64,000 bases of DNA from Deltaproteobacteria bacterium (GTDB lineage: Bacteria; Desulfobacterota; Desulfobulbia; Desulfobulbales; JAGXFP01). Of this stretch, positions 47,681-58,346 are shown in pieces. Below the pieces are notes generated by a model. That model ran no database searches and was not told the origin of the DNA. It saw nothing but the letters and a program-made list of their open reading frames with translations. Positions within the stretch are counted from its first letter, which is position 1; every line of letters begins with the position of its first letter. The DNA is taken from assembly GCA_020056965.1 (NCBI GenBank), contig JAGVGT010000032.1, positions 174 through 64,173 of the forward strand, read 5' to 3'. The position numbers and the translations under genes were made by a program.

Positions 47681-48889
47681 ATGGGCAGAATACAATTCAT
47701 AGTGGCGGGAAACCTGATCGACGGCAGCGGCGCCGAGGTGCGCCGGGAGGTCTTTCTGGCCGTGCAGGACGGGATAATTGTCGCCATTGCTCCTGCCGTC
47801 GGGCTGCCCCGCCAGGCTGGGGCAGCAATCGCTGACTTCTCGCACTGTGTAATTTTGCCGGCCCTGGTTGACTGCAGTGTCGCCCTGGCGCGCTCTCCCT
47901 CCGTGGACTGGCAGGTGCGATTAGCCGCCGAAGAGGCCGACCGTACTGAAAAGGGTGCCATGTTGGAGCGCCAGATCAGCTACTGCCATACCTACGGAGT
48001 TTTGGGTGTGGCCGCCAGCGATGATCTGACCGACCGGGTGGAGCGTCAGCAAAGTGAGCAAAAGGGACCAACACCAGGACGCCTCGTTGACATTCGCACC
48101 TCCGGCGGGCTCTGCCGGAGCCGACCGGATTGCGCCGCCGGCACCATCGCCGGCGGGGATTTTCTCAAGGTCGATTATTCAGGTAATATTGAAGACCGGG
48201 AATCTCCATACCTTCGGCTTGACCAGGCAGACCTGCGCCGCATGCTGGAACACCGAGGCGGCAAAAAGGCGGTGGTGGTGGCCAATGGCCGACAACAGGT
48301 AGCGGAGGCACTGGCGGCGGGCTGCGATGCCATCGAACAGGGCTACGGAATGGGCGAGGCCAATCTCCGGAAAATGGCGGAACAGCAAGTGCTGTGGATT
48401 CCCAGCGTTGTGCGGGCCAAAAATGGCCTGGACGGCTCAGCCTCCGGCGGGGATGTCTGTTGCCGTTTCTCCCAGCGCTATGTGGCCCCGGGCAAGCCGG
48501 ACCCCGGCGCGGAGGTCTTTTGGAAGAAGATGCTCGCCGAACAACTGACCCAACTGCGTTTGGCTAGAAAATTTGGCGTAACCACGGCGGTGGGCACCGG
48601 GGCCGGGAGTGTCGGCATCCTCCATGGCGAGTCGCTGGTCGAGGAGATGAAATTGTTCATCAAGGCCGGTTATTCACTGGCGGAAACCATCCGCTGCGCC
48701 TCGGAAAATGGCGCCCGGTTCTTCGGCCTGGAGCAGCTGGGAGCGCTTAAGGTCGGGCGGCCTGCCACCTTCCTGATTGCCAGGGGCTCGATCCAACAGT
48801 TGCCCAGAAAACTCGCCTATCTGGAAGGCATCTATGTTGACGGCGCCCCCAGCAGCACCTATCACAAAAACCCGGTCAAGACGGCCTGA
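47681..48889 (+). CDS. amidohydrolase-fold protein lacking canonical metal ligands
   Basis: LIDG N-terminus, ILPALVD, ASENGA..FG, GALKVG..ATFL; His/Asp ligand positions substituted. Confidence 0.8.
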   Translation: MGRIQFIVAGNLIDGSGAEVRREVFLAVQDGIIVAIAPAVGLPRQAGAAIADFSHCVILPALVDCSVALARSPSVDWQVRLAAEEADRTEKGAMLERQISYCHTYGVLGVAASDDLTDRVERQQSEQKGPTPGRLVDIRTSGGLCRSRPDCAAGTIAGGDFLKVDYSGNIEDRESPYLRLDQADLRRMLEHRGGKKAVVVANGRQQVAEALAAGCDAIEQGYGMGEANLRKMAEQQVLWIPSVVRAKNGLDGSASGGDVCCRFSQRYVAPGKPDPGAEVFWKKMLAEQLTQLRLARKFGVTTAVGTGAGSVGILHGESLVEEMKLFIKAGYSLAETIRCASENGARFFGLEQLGALKVGRPATFLIARGSIQQLPRKLAYLEGIYVDGAPSSTYHKNPVKTA

Positions 48890-50348
48890 CCGCGGCGCTT
48901 TCCAGCGCTACGGTAACAAGTTGCTTACGCAGAACCTTTCCGCTGGCATTCCGGGGGAAACTGCGCATGGTAAAAAATTTGCGGGGCGCGGCCAGGCCAA
49001 CGAGATTGGCTTGGCTGTATTCGATGAGGTCCTGCCCCGCTTCGCCCTCTGCCATGATGACCGCCGCCGCGAGAATTTCCCGGTTTTCTTCCATGAGGCG
49101 GAAAACCACCGCATCCTTCACCTTGGGATGCTGAGTCAAAATTTCCTCGACATATCCCGGGCTGATTTTATGGCCACCCAGGCTGATTATGTCGTCTACC
49201 CTCCCCTCAACGGACAGCACTCCTTCCTCGGAAAGGCGCCCCATGTCACCGGTGTAATACCAGCCATTCCTGAATCTCAGGCGGGTATTTTTTTCATCCT
49301 TGAAATATTCACTGGGCATCCCCTCCAGCCGGACCCGAATTTCACCGGTGACTCCGTGCGGCAAGGCCTGGTCTTCGCCATCCACCAGCTCCATTTTGAT
49401 CGAGGGAATGACTTTGCCGGAACTCATTGGTGCTGCGGCCAGAATGTCTTTTTTCGCCGCCGCGACCAGGCCCAATTCGGTTAAACCGTAAGCAATCTGG
49501 ATAACGTTCGGTAACTTGGCGAGCAATGATTTGACCAGCTTGGTCGATAAACCGCTGCCGCCCACGCGGATCAAGCGGACCGAGGGGAAAGGATTTCCTC
49601 CATCCGGTAAGAGGGGGAGAAGTTCCGCTATCCTCGATGGTGGAAATGCCAGGTGGGTGACGCCATACAAGTTGATTTCCGCCAGGCGATCATTGCCTTT
49701 TTTACCTTTCGGAAACACCAGGCTCCCGCCGTAGGCTAAAACCCCAAAAGCCAGGATAATGCCAAAGCCAAGATACAGCGCCAGCGGGATATGCCTGGCA
49801 TCGTTTGATATTTCATAATCAAACGTATCTATCAGGTTCAGCAGATATCGATGGGTATAGACGATCCCTTTCGGATCACCGGTTGTTCCGGACGACATGA
49901 CAATACAAAATGGTGCTTCAGGGGTTGGCTGATGGCTGGTGAAGCTCATATCCGGACCATGGCTGTCAATGGTCAGGTTGACCAGTCTGATCAGCGGCAC
50001 ACCGGCAATAGCCGCATCGTCAAGGTCGGACACCACAGCTTTCAGACTATATCTTTCGTGGACCCCATCTCTGACCTGCGCCGAAGAAGCCGGGTTAAGC
50101 GGCACGGAAACCGCTCCAACGGCGGCCAACGCCAGCATCGTAATGCAATATACCGGCGTTTGATGCATCAATAGCGCAACTGTGTCTCCGGGCCTGATCC
50201 CCCGCGCGTGCAATATCCTGGCGGCGGAACAGACGTATAAGTTGAACTGTTGGTAGCTGATGATTTGATTCTGGTAGATGAAGGCCGGCGCTGTAGGGTT
50301 TACGGATGCGTGTCCCAGTATCCTGCCGACTAAATTGTCTTGCATCAT
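48876..50348 (-). CDS. class I adenylate-forming enzyme (acyl-CoA ligase-like)
   Basis: SSGTTGDPKG, YGLTE, YYTGD, GRVDD, SGKVLR. Confidence 0.9.
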   Translation of the reverse strand: MMQDNLVGRILGHASVNPTAPAFIYQNQIISYQQFNLYVCSAARILHARGIRPGDTVALLMHQTPVYCITMLALAAVGAVSVPLNPASSAQVRDGVHERYSLKAVVSDLDDAAIAGVPLIRLVNLTIDSHGPDMSFTSHQPTPEAPFCIVMSSGTTGDPKGIVYTHRYLLNLIDTFDYEISNDARHIPLALYLGFGIILAFGVLAYGGSLVFPKGKKGNDRLAEINLYGVTHLAFPPSRIAELLPLLPDGGNPFPSVRLIRVGGSGLSTKLVKSLLAKLPNVIQIAYGLTELGLVAAAKKDILAAAPMSSGKVIPSIKMELVDGEDQALPHGVTGEIRVRLEGMPSEYFKDEKNTRLRFRNGWYYTGDMGRLSEEGVLSVEGRVDDIISLGGHKISPGYVEEILTQHPKVKDAVVFRLMEENREILAAAVIMAEGEAGQDLIEYSQANLVGLAAPRKFFTMRSFPRNASGKVLRKQLVTVALESAAVRPS

Positions 50349-50511
50349 CTTCTCCCTTTTTGATGGTCATTTCGACGGGCTGCAACGTGCTGCAGCCTGG
50401 TGGGGTTGGACTTAACAAGATTACAGAAAATATTTCAAATACGAAAGCGTAAATCCCCTTTTGTGGGTGTTGAGTCCGGGCTAATCACCCTGAACAACTA
50501 GCTGGTGGACA

Positions 50512-51480
50512 CTAGCTGAGGGTCGAATCATTATTCTTGCCGGAATCAGCGGAATCAGGGACGGCTCCAGGTTGGCGCACCTGGGGTCTGACCAAACCAC
50601 TATCTGGGTTGGACAAATCGGGGAGGTTTCCGTCCACCTCCGCCCATTCAGGGAGATATTGGGCAGACAGACACAGATCCCGGCTGGGGGTTTTACCGTC
50701 CACCGCCAGGACCAGCCGGACCGCGCAGAGGCGCATGACGGACTGATCCGCGCCCCCATAGCGGTAATCCCCGATAATGGGGGTGCCGTGGCCGGCCAGA
50801 TGGCGGCGAATCTGGTGCAGCCGGCCGGTTTCTGGTTTGACCAGGACCAGGCTGGCGTTGCGTTCCCGGTCATAAGCCAAGCCCAGACCGTGGGTCAGGG
50901 CCGGTTTGCCGTCCAGTTTGGCCTCAAGGCGCAGGGTTGCCCCTTGGTCGATCCGGCCCCGGACCTCGGCCAGATAGCTCTTGGCCACCAGCCGTTCGGC
51001 GAAATAGCGGCTGAGACGGGCGGCAGCCTTAGGTTCATGGGCGACCAGCACCAAGCCGGAGACCTCCCGGTCGAGCCGATGGACCGGGAAGACCTTCCTT
51101 TTTTGCTGGAAGTGGAGTTCCACCAGGCGGAGGAGGGAACAGAAATCCCCGAAATCGGTGCCCTGGGCCAGGAGGCCGGCGGGCTTGAACCAGAGCGAGA
51201 AGGTGCGCTGGTCTTCGAGCAGAACCGGCACGGGCACCGGGGCGGTCAGGATTTTCTCGTCGTAGCAGAGCCGCAGGATGTCCCCGCTCTTGACCTCGGC
51301 GGTGGCCCGCCGCAGACGCTGGGGCTTGCCGCCGCCCCGGCGCAGCCAGACCGCCCCCTTGGTCATCGCCTCCTTCAGGCGCAGCTTGGCCAGACCGCTG
51401 GCGGTGCTGAGCAGATCAACCGCCCGTCCGCCCGCCTGCACCGGCAGGACCAGATCAAGAACACCCTTTTCCAGTTTCAT
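50512..51480 (-). CDS. RluA family pseudouridine synthase
   Basis: KPAGL, HRLD, TGRLHQIRRH, IIGD..YG. Confidence 0.92.
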   Translation of the reverse strand: MKLEKGVLDLVLPVQAGGRAVDLLSTASGLAKLRLKEAMTKGAVWLRRGGGKPQRLRRATAEVKSGDILRLCYDEKILTAPVPVPVLLEDQRTFSLWFKPAGLLAQGTDFGDFCSLLRLVELHFQQKRKVFPVHRLDREVSGLVLVAHEPKAAARLSRYFAERLVAKSYLAEVRGRIDQGATLRLEAKLDGKPALTHGLGLAYDRERNASLVLVKPETGRLHQIRRHLAGHGTPIIGDYRYGGADQSVMRLCAVRLVLAVDGKTPSRDLCLSAQYLPEWAEVDGNLPDLSNPDSGLVRPQVRQPGAVPDSADSGKNNDSTLS

Positions 51481-51865
51481 TCCGTTCCGGCTGCGCCCGG
51501 GCTATGACTCCTTTGGGGGTCCGACCAAGGCAACATTTCTAAATTTGTCTAATATCTGCCCGAACAATTAACGTTTTCAAGTTTCAGAACGTCCAGTTAC
51601 CGGCAAAAGAGAAATACCAATCGGTTGTCTTGCCCCTCCGACAGCAGAAAGGGGGTAATTCATCCCGAGGCCCTTTGTCAAGAGATAGCCCCTCGACTGG
51701 GGGAAAGCCAACAGATTACCCACTTGCCGAGTGTTACCGAGCTGCCTGGCCTGAATTCATAAAAACGTTGTTCCCAACGACAAAGCCCCACCCGGATTGG
51801 TTCCGAACGGGACTCTGTTTTTACGGTTAATCCAATCAGAGGAGGCCGCCGGAGGCCCATTCTCC

Positions 51866-52450
51866 CTACTTATCCCGTAGCAATTCCATGGTGATCAGAA
51901 CCTCCACGTCCTTGCCGATCGCACCCATCTTGAAGAACTTGCCGTCACCGACATGGAAGGCCAGCCGGTCCAGGGTGAAACCGGTATCGAGGCCGGCGAC
52001 GATCTTGCCCGGCATCAGAGGGCTGTCCTTCTGCCCGTGGTAGACGAACTCCAGGGGCATCGCCTTGGTGACATCCTTGATGGTCAGCAAACCATCGACC
52101 CGGTAACGGTTATCGGCAACTTTGCTGACCTTGGTGGAATTGTAGACCATCCGGGGATATTTGCCGGTCTCGAAGAAGTCGCCGGAACGCAGGTGGGTGT
52201 CGCGTTTGCCGATGTTGGTGTTGACACTCGCCGTCTTGACCACCAGGTTAAAGTGGCTCTGTTCGGGATGGGCGGGATCGAAGGCGACCTCCCCGGTGAA
52301 ATCGGCGAACTCGCCGCGGACCGTGGAGTAAATGTGCTGAATCGCAAAGTAGAAGCGGGTGTGGTCCGGATCCAACTGCCACTGCTGCGCCCGGGCCGGA
52401 ACCGCACTGAAGACCAACAAGAGGATCAACCACAGTGACCATTTTTTCAT
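51866..52450 (-). CDS. YceI family periplasmic protein
   Basis: signal peptide, LDPDHT, RDTHLRSGDFF, LTIKDVTK. Confidence 0.93.
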   Translation of the reverse strand: MKKWSLWLILLLVFSAVPARAQQWQLDPDHTRFYFAIQHIYSTVRGEFADFTGEVAFDPAHPEQSHFNLVVKTASVNTNIGKRDTHLRSGDFFETGKYPRMVYNSTKVSKVADNRYRVDGLLTIKDVTKAMPLEFVYHGQKDSPLMPGKIVAGLDTGFTLDRLAFHVGDGKFFKMGAIGKDVEVLITMELLRDK

Positions 52451-52543
52451 AAGAACTCTCCTTATCATTGACGGTTATGGGCAGGGTCAACCGCGCCACC
52501 ATTTACTGATATGGTATGGCATAATGGCCCGCGAGAAAACCCT

Positions 52544-53200
52544 TCACCGCTTATTTCCGGAAAAAATCGCCCGCCCGATGATCATCAGCAGCAGGAGCCC
52601 TTCCACCCCGGCCAAGCCCAGGGCCAGCCGGTGGGGCATCCCCCAGCGAAAGGTCTCGCTGACCGTCAGGAGATGGCCGAGAAACAGGCCGACCACCAGC
52701 AGGGCCCCCAGCCGGTGGCCGATCCGCCAGGCCTTATAGGAGAGCGGCAACCGAATCCGGAATTGGGCAGTGAGCACCAGCAGCACCAGAGAAAAGAGCA
52801 GCGCCATCCCCACGAACTCCGGCAGGTACTTCTTGGCCAGCGGATAGAAAGCGAAATCGTCGGCCCCCAGGATCAGGACGGGGTGGCAGACCAGCAGGAG
52901 CAGGCCGAGACCGTTGGCCCGGTGGAACCGCAACCGCCCGACCCGGCTGAAGAGCCACTCGGGAAAGAGCCCGGGCGCTACCGCCAGCAATTGGACCAGG
53001 ATCAGCAAGGCACCGGTCACCCCCACCAGCTTACCGGAAACAAGCAGCAGCCGGTGGTAGCCGAACTTGTAAAACAGTGACTCGGAGGGGTAGCGAAACG
53101 GCAGGGACCAGGCCCCGGCCAGCAGAAGGAGAAAAAGCACCAGACAAAGAGAGACCAGCCCCACCCTTAAGCCCGGATTTTTCGCCACTTCAGATTCCAT
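52544..53200 (-). CDS. ferric reductase-like transmembrane (di-heme b) domain protein
   Basis: ~6 TM segments with four His (FHR, CHP, GHR, GHL); no FAD/NAD domain. Confidence 0.75.
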   Translation of the reverse strand: MESEVAKNPGLRVGLVSLCLVLFLLLLAGAWSLPFRYPSESLFYKFGYHRLLLVSGKLVGVTGALLILVQLLAVAPGLFPEWLFSRVGRLRFHRANGLGLLLLVCHPVLILGADDFAFYPLAKKYLPEFVGMALLFSLVLLVLTAQFRIRLPLSYKAWRIGHRLGALLVVGLFLGHLLTVSETFRWGMPHRLALGLAGVEGLLLLMIIGRAIFSGNKR

Positions 53201-53253
53201 ACCTTCTCCTGTTAGCGATTTGGCGAAATTCAGAAGACAGTTTATCAGTAAAC

Positions 53254-53466
53254 TTAACAGGATGAATGCTCGATCGCCATCTCCGGGCAGCCTTCAATAC
53301 AGGCACAACATTCTACGCACTCATCAATATTTACCGGCACCGTTTTACCTTCCTGCAATTCGTAAACAGAGGTAGGACAGATCCCCACGCAAGCCCCGTT
53401 GCCATTGCACTTGTCGTAGTCCACCGAGATCGTCACCTTGTTGCTTTCCCAGGTTTTTATATCCAT
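53254..53466 (-). CDS. dicluster ferredoxin
   Basis: CNGNGACVGICP and CVECCACIEGCP; start 53466 or 53499. Confidence 0.88.
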   Translation of the reverse strand: MDIKTWESNKVTISVDYDKCNGNGACVGICPTSVYELQEGKTVPVNIDECVECCACIEGCPEMAIEHSSC

Positions 53467-53644
53467 TTTTCCACCACCTTCAGTCAGGAATTGGCGCAAT
53501 TCTTCTCAGAGTATTTAGCAGCATCGGCCGGGATTTGCCGGACGATCACCATCTCCGCCGCTGCAAATTTTTATCACATTGGAACATCGCGGCACAAGGG
53601 TCTGTAACGAAATGACCACCGGTAAAGCCTGCCCCGCGCACCAT

Positions 53645-53675
53645 AAAAAAGGGGAGCCCGGCTGGGCTCCCCTTT
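53645..53675 (-). terminator. intrinsic terminator of glutamine synthetase
   Basis: A6-ggggagccc-ggct-gggctcccc-ttt. Confidence 0.85.
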
Positions 53676-53703
53676 GATTGGGACATATCTGCTGTCTTAT
53701 AGC

Positions 53704-55836
53704 TTACAGCTTAAAGAGCAACTCACTGTAGGTCGGCACCGGCCAGAGATCGTCGGGCATAATGCCTTCCAGGGCGTCGATATCGGTGCGCAGGGTCTGC
53801 ATGGTGGTGAAGACCTTGTCGCGGTAAGCGGCGGCCTGCTTCTCGACCGCGCTGATCTTCTGGGCCTTGGCAACCTCATCTTCCAGCTTCTTGACATTCT
53901 TGGCCGCGGATTCCAGCAGGGTGGAAACCTCGGCCAGCAATGCCTTCTGGACGGTGGCGCCCTTGCCGACCGCGGCGATGGAGGTGCCAAGATCGGTGGT
54001 GAAGCGGATCACCGAGGGGATGTACTGGCGCTTGACCATCTGGATGGCGCACAGGGCCTCGATGTTGATGTGCTTGGCGTACTGCTCGACGTAGATGTCA
54101 TAGCGGGAGTGCAGCTCTTCCTTGCTCAACACCTTGTACTTCTCGAAGAGCTTGATGGCCTTGGGGGTAACGAAAGCCTTCAGGGCATCGACGGCGTTCT
54201 TGGTGTTGGGCAGACCGCGCTTGGCTGCTTCCTTGGCCCACTCCTCGGAGTAGTTGTTGCCGTTGAAGATGATCCGGCCATGCTTGGTGATGTACTCCTT
54301 GATGATGGCCTGGATCTCTTTGTTGACGTCCTTGGCCTTCTCCAAACGGGTGGCGACCTCGTCCAGCACCTCGGCGGCGATGGTGTTCAACGCCACATTG
54401 GGGCCGGAGATTGACTGGGAGGAGCCGAGCATCCGGAACTCGAACTTGTTGCCGGTGAAGGCAAAGGGCGAGGTCCGGTTACGGTCGGTGTTGTCCTTGG
54501 GCAGGTCCGGCAGAGAGTCAACGCCGATCCGCAGGAACTGACAGGCGCTGCCCTGGCGGCAATACTTCTTGCCGGTGGCCACGGCGTTCAAAATGTCGCT
54601 CAGTTCATCACCCAGGAAGCTGGAGATGATCGCCGGCGGGGCCTCGTTGGCGCCCAGACGGTGGTCGTTGCCGGAGCTGGCGCAGGTGGCGCGCAGGATG
54701 TCGGCGTGGGTATCAACCGCTTTCATGGTGGCGGCCAGCACCACCAGGAAGAGGGCGTTGGACTCCGGCGTGGAGCCCGGCTCCATGAAGTTGATACCGT
54801 CGTCGGTGGTCAGCGACCAGTTGTTGTGCTTGCCGCTGCCGTTCACCCCGGCGTAAGGCTTCTCGTGAAGCAGACAGACCAGGTCGTGGCGGAGGGCCAC
54901 CTTCTGCATGGTCTCCATGACCAGCTGGTTGTGGTCGGCGGCAATGTTGGTGGTGGAGAAGACCGGAGCCATCTCGAACTGCCCCGGGGCCACCTCGTTG
55001 TGCTTGGTCTTGGAGGTGATGCCCATCTTCCAGAGCTCGATGTCGAGATCCTTCATGTAGCTGGCGACCCGGTCCTTGATGGCGCCGAAGTACTGGTCCT
55101 CCAGCTCCTGGCCCTTGGGGGCCGGGGCGCCGAAGAGGGCGCGGCCGCCGGTCATCAGGTCGAGGCGCAGACCGTAGTATTCCTTATCGACCAGAAAGTA
55201 CTCCTGCTCGGGCCCGACGGTGGCGGTGACCCGCTGGGAGGTGGTGTTGCCCATGGCGCGCAATACCCGGATGGCCTGGGTGGAGACCGCCGCCATGGAG
55301 CGGAGCAGCGGGGTCTTCTTGTCCAAGGCCTGGCCGTTGTACGAGCAGAAGGCCGTAGGGATGCAGAGGGTGACGTCGCCGTCGGCGTCTTCCTTCAAAA
55401 AGGCCGGGGAGGTGCAGTCCCAGGCGGTGTAGCCGCGGGCCTCGAAGGTGACCCGCAGGCCGCCGCTCGGGAAGGAGGAGGCGTCCGGCTCGCCCTGGAT
55501 CAGCTGCTTGCCGGAGAATTCCAGGATCACCCCGCCGTCATCGGTGGGGGTAATGAAGGAGTCATGCTTCTCAGCGGTGGAGCCGGTCAGCGGCTGGAAC
55601 CAATGGGTGTAATGGGTGGCGCCGCGCTCGATGGCCCAGTCCTTCATGGCGTTGGCCACCACGGCCGCCACTTCCGGCTTGAGGGGCACATTCATCTGGA
55701 TGGTCTGCTTGAGCGCCTTGTAGGTCTCCTTCGGCAGTCTCTCCCGCATGACCCGGTCGTTAAAGACGTTGGAACCGAACAATTCGGCCAGGCCCATGCC
55801 TTCATCACCACAACCACAATTGCAATTACTGCTCAT
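53704..55836 (-). CDS. glutamine synthetase type III
   Basis: [57 protein letters not shown]. Confidence 0.97.
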   Translation of the reverse strand: MSSNCNCGCGDEGMGLAELFGSNVFNDRVMRERLPKETYKALKQTIQMNVPLKPEVAAVVANAMKDWAIERGATHYTHWFQPLTGSTAEKHDSFITPTDDGGVILEFSGKQLIQGEPDASSFPSGGLRVTFEARGYTAWDCTSPAFLKEDADGDVTLCIPTAFCSYNGQALDKKTPLLRSMAAVSTQAIRVLRAMGNTTSQRVTATVGPEQEYFLVDKEYYGLRLDLMTGGRALFGAPAPKGQELEDQYFGAIKDRVASYMKDLDIELWKMGITSKTKHNEVAPGQFEMAPVFSTTNIAADHNQLVMETMQKVALRHDLVCLLHEKPYAGVNGSGKHNNWSLTTDDGINFMEPGSTPESNALFLVVLAATMKAVDTHADILRATCASSGNDHRLGANEAPPAIISSFLGDELSDILNAVATGKKYCRQGSACQFLRIGVDSLPDLPKDNTDRNRTSPFAFTGNKFEFRMLGSSQSISGPNVALNTIAAEVLDEVATRLEKAKDVNKEIQAIIKEYITKHGRIIFNGNNYSEEWAKEAAKRGLPNTKNAVDALKAFVTPKAIKLFEKYKVLSKEELHSRYDIYVEQYAKHINIEALCAIQMVKRQYIPSVIRFTTDLGTSIAAVGKGATVQKALLAEVSTLLESAAKNVKKLEDEVAKAQKISAVEKQAAAYRDKVFTTMQTLRTDIDALEGIMPDDLWPVPTYSELLFKL

Positions 55837-56145
55837 CGTTATGTCCTCCTTTAGGGTAGATTGGCAGAAGTTCTATTACAAAATCGTAACAAAATACGCG
55901 CTAAACAACGGGCTTTTCATACAAAATAACTGCCTGTTTGTCTGCATTTTTTTTCCGGGTAATCCGGTATCTGAACAAGATCGCGAGCGGCAAGACAACT
56001 GGGGTGAACAAAATTTTCGGTCACCAAGTCAAAATCACTCTACTGATTTGGCGCTCACCACGTCAATGATCGAAAAATAACCGACCGTTCTTTGCGCGAT
56101 GGCCGGTTTTTCCGCACACCATAAATATTTACTCGACCCACATCT

Positions 56146-57036
56146 TCAAGCCGGTACCAGCAACAAGGCCTGATCAGTCCGCCCCTGGACCCGGGCCGCC
56201 ACACTGTTGGCCCAAAAGGCCTTGGTGCCGGCCTTGCCGTGGGTGCCCAGGACGATCAGTTCGACGCCGTTATCGGCGGCGGCTTGGACAATCTCCTCGG
56301 CAATGTCACCGTGCCGCAGCTCAAGGGTGGTTTTGATTCCCCTGGCGACGGCCCGTTCCCGCACCCCGACCAGATATTCCCGCAGATTGTCGGCGGCCAG
56401 CTCGCCCAGCGCCCGGGTCGAGCCCGGCAGAAAGCGGGCCAGAGAGGCCTCCGGCCCGGCCAGAACCGCAGCGGATGGGACCACTCCCAGCAGTTGCAGG
56501 TGGCATCCGCAGGCCCCCACCAGTTCCAGGGCCACCGCCAACCCGCCCTCATGGCGGCTGGTGCCGTCCAGGGGCACCAGGATTCGGCGCAGGGCAAACT
56601 CAGCCCCGGTCGCCAGGTCCGGCCGCACCAGCAAGAGCGGGGTGCGCCCTAGGGCCACCACCTGCTGGGCCAGACTACCCCGCAACCATCGCTCCAGGCG
56701 CCCGGGACCATGGGTGCACATAACCACCAGGTCGGGTTGCAGTTCGCCCTCATGGGCGACGATCCCCCCCGCCACATCGACGGCGGCGGGACTGTGAACA
56801 TGCAGTTGCCACTCTAGGGCGTCGCCAAAGCGGGCGCGCACCACTTCCAGATAGGCCCGGGCCTCGGCCGCTTCGCGCAGGTGGTGCTCCCCGTGCACGG
56901 CCGCCGGGGCGTCCTTCTCAATCATGTGGATCAGGGTCACCCGCCCCCGGCTCAGCCGGGCCAGATAAGCCGCCACCGGCAAGGCCGCCTCGGCCAGGCG
57001 TGATCCGTCCAACGGCACCAGGATGTGCTCGAACAT
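56146..57036 (-). CDS. tandem universal stress protein
   Basis: two ILVPLDG repeats, VMCTHG / LGTHG, GSLA / NSVA. Confidence 0.92.
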   Translation of the reverse strand: MFEHILVPLDGSRLAEAALPVAAYLARLSRGRVTLIHMIEKDAPAAVHGEHHLREAAEARAYLEVVRARFGDALEWQLHVHSPAAVDVAGGIVAHEGELQPDLVVMCTHGPGRLERWLRGSLAQQVVALGRTPLLLVRPDLATGAEFALRRILVPLDGTSRHEGGLAVALELVGACGCHLQLLGVVPSAAVLAGPEASLARFLPGSTRALGELAADNLREYLVGVRERAVARGIKTTLELRHGDIAEEIVQAAADNGVELIVLGTHGKAGTKAFWANSVAARVQGRTDQALLLVPA

Positions 57037-57039
57037 ACC

Positions 57040-58338
57040 TTACGCCCCCAGGAAGGTCTGATAAAGCAGATAAATATTCAAGGTGACGATCAACCCCGTC
57101 ACCAGCCAAGCCAGAGTTGTAGTGACGCGGTGATTGACCAGCTCACCCATCAATGACCGCCGGGCCGTGAAGATGACCAGCGGCACTACGGCAAAGGGCA
57201 GACCGAAACTCAAGACCACCTGGCTGAGCACCAGGGTACGGGTGGGCTCGAAACCCAGGCCGATCACGGCAAGCGAGGGCAGAATGGTGACCAGGCGGCG
57301 CAGCCAGACCGGAACCTGCCGCTTAATGAAACCCTGCATGATCACCTGGCCGGCCATGGTCCCGACCGTGGTCGAGGCCAGGCCGGCGGCCAGGAGCGAG
57401 ACGGCGAAGACCACCCCCGCCGCCGGCCCCAAGAGCGGCTCCAGAGTGCGATGGGCGCCTTCCAGGGTGGCGATATCGGTGAACCCCGAGCGATGGAAAG
57501 TGGCGGCGGCCATCATCAGCATGGCGGCGTTAATCAAGCCGGCCGCCCCCAGGGCGATGGTGATATCGGCCACCTCGAAAAAAAACAGCCGCCGTTTCTG
57601 GGCCGGATTGGCGGCGATGATCCGCCCCTGGGTCAGCGAGGAGTGCAGGAAGATCACGTGCGGCATGATGGTGGCCCCAAGGATGCCGGTGGCCAGCAAC
57701 ACGCTCTCGGGGCCGGCGAAACTTGGCACCACGGCATGATAAAAGACCCGCCCCCACTCCGGCTTGTCGAGAATTGTCTCCACCACATAACAGAGGGCGA
57801 TTACCCCCAGCAGCGAGGTAATCACCGCCTCCAGCGGCCGGAAGCCCCGGGACTGCAAGGCCAGGATCAGAAAGGTCACCACCGCCGTCACCAGCCCGGC
57901 AGTGAAGAGATCCATCCCGAAGAGCAGGTTGAAACCCACCGCCGCCCCGATAAACTCGGCCAGGTCGGTGGCCATGGCCACCAGCTCCATGGCCACCCAC
58001 ATCCCCCAGACCAGAGGGCGCGGCAGGTGGTCGCGACAGAGTTCGGCGAGATTACGGCCGGTGGCGATCCCCACTTTGGCGGCCAGGATCTGGACCAGCA
58101 TGGCCATCAGGTTGCTGGCCACCACCACCCAGAGCAGGGTGTAGCCAAACTTGGCGCCCCCGGCAATGTTGGTGGCGAAGTTGCCGGGATCGACATAGGC
58201 AATGCTGGCGATGAAGGCCGGGCCAAGAAAGGGCAGCAGCCGGGCCAGACCCCGCCGCGTTCCCTGCCCGTTCAGGACCTGGCCGGCCGCCGCTAAAGTC
58301 CGGGCGTCACCGTCTGCCTTCTGCTCCGAATCCGCCAT
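57040..58338 (-). CDS. mntH: NRAMP family divalent metal transporter
   Basis: YVDPGN, GATIMPH, TMAGQ. Confidence 0.95.
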   Translation of the reverse strand: MADSEQKADGDARTLAAAGQVLNGQGTRRGLARLLPFLGPAFIASIAYVDPGNFATNIAGGAKFGYTLLWVVVASNLMAMLVQILAAKVGIATGRNLAELCRDHLPRPLVWGMWVAMELVAMATDLAEFIGAAVGFNLLFGMDLFTAGLVTAVVTFLILALQSRGFRPLEAVITSLLGVIALCYVVETILDKPEWGRVFYHAVVPSFAGPESVLLATGILGATIMPHVIFLHSSLTQGRIIAANPAQKRRLFFFEVADITIALGAAGLINAAMLMMAAATFHRSGFTDIATLEGAHRTLEPLLGPAAGVVFAVSLLAAGLASTTVGTMAGQVIMQGFIKRQVPVWLRRLVTILPSLAVIGLGFEPTRTLVLSQVVLSFGLPFAVVPLVIFTARRSLMGELVNHRVTTTLAWLVTGLIVTLNIYLLYQTFLGA

Positions 58339-58346
58339 GCGCCTTT

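Noticed and set aside
51600..51865. Structured-looking intergenic region, considered as a riboswitch or 6S RNA
   Set aside because: Only short hairpins; no c-di-GMP, cobalamin, Moco, SRP, tmRNA or RNase P consensus seen. An Rfam scan would settle it.
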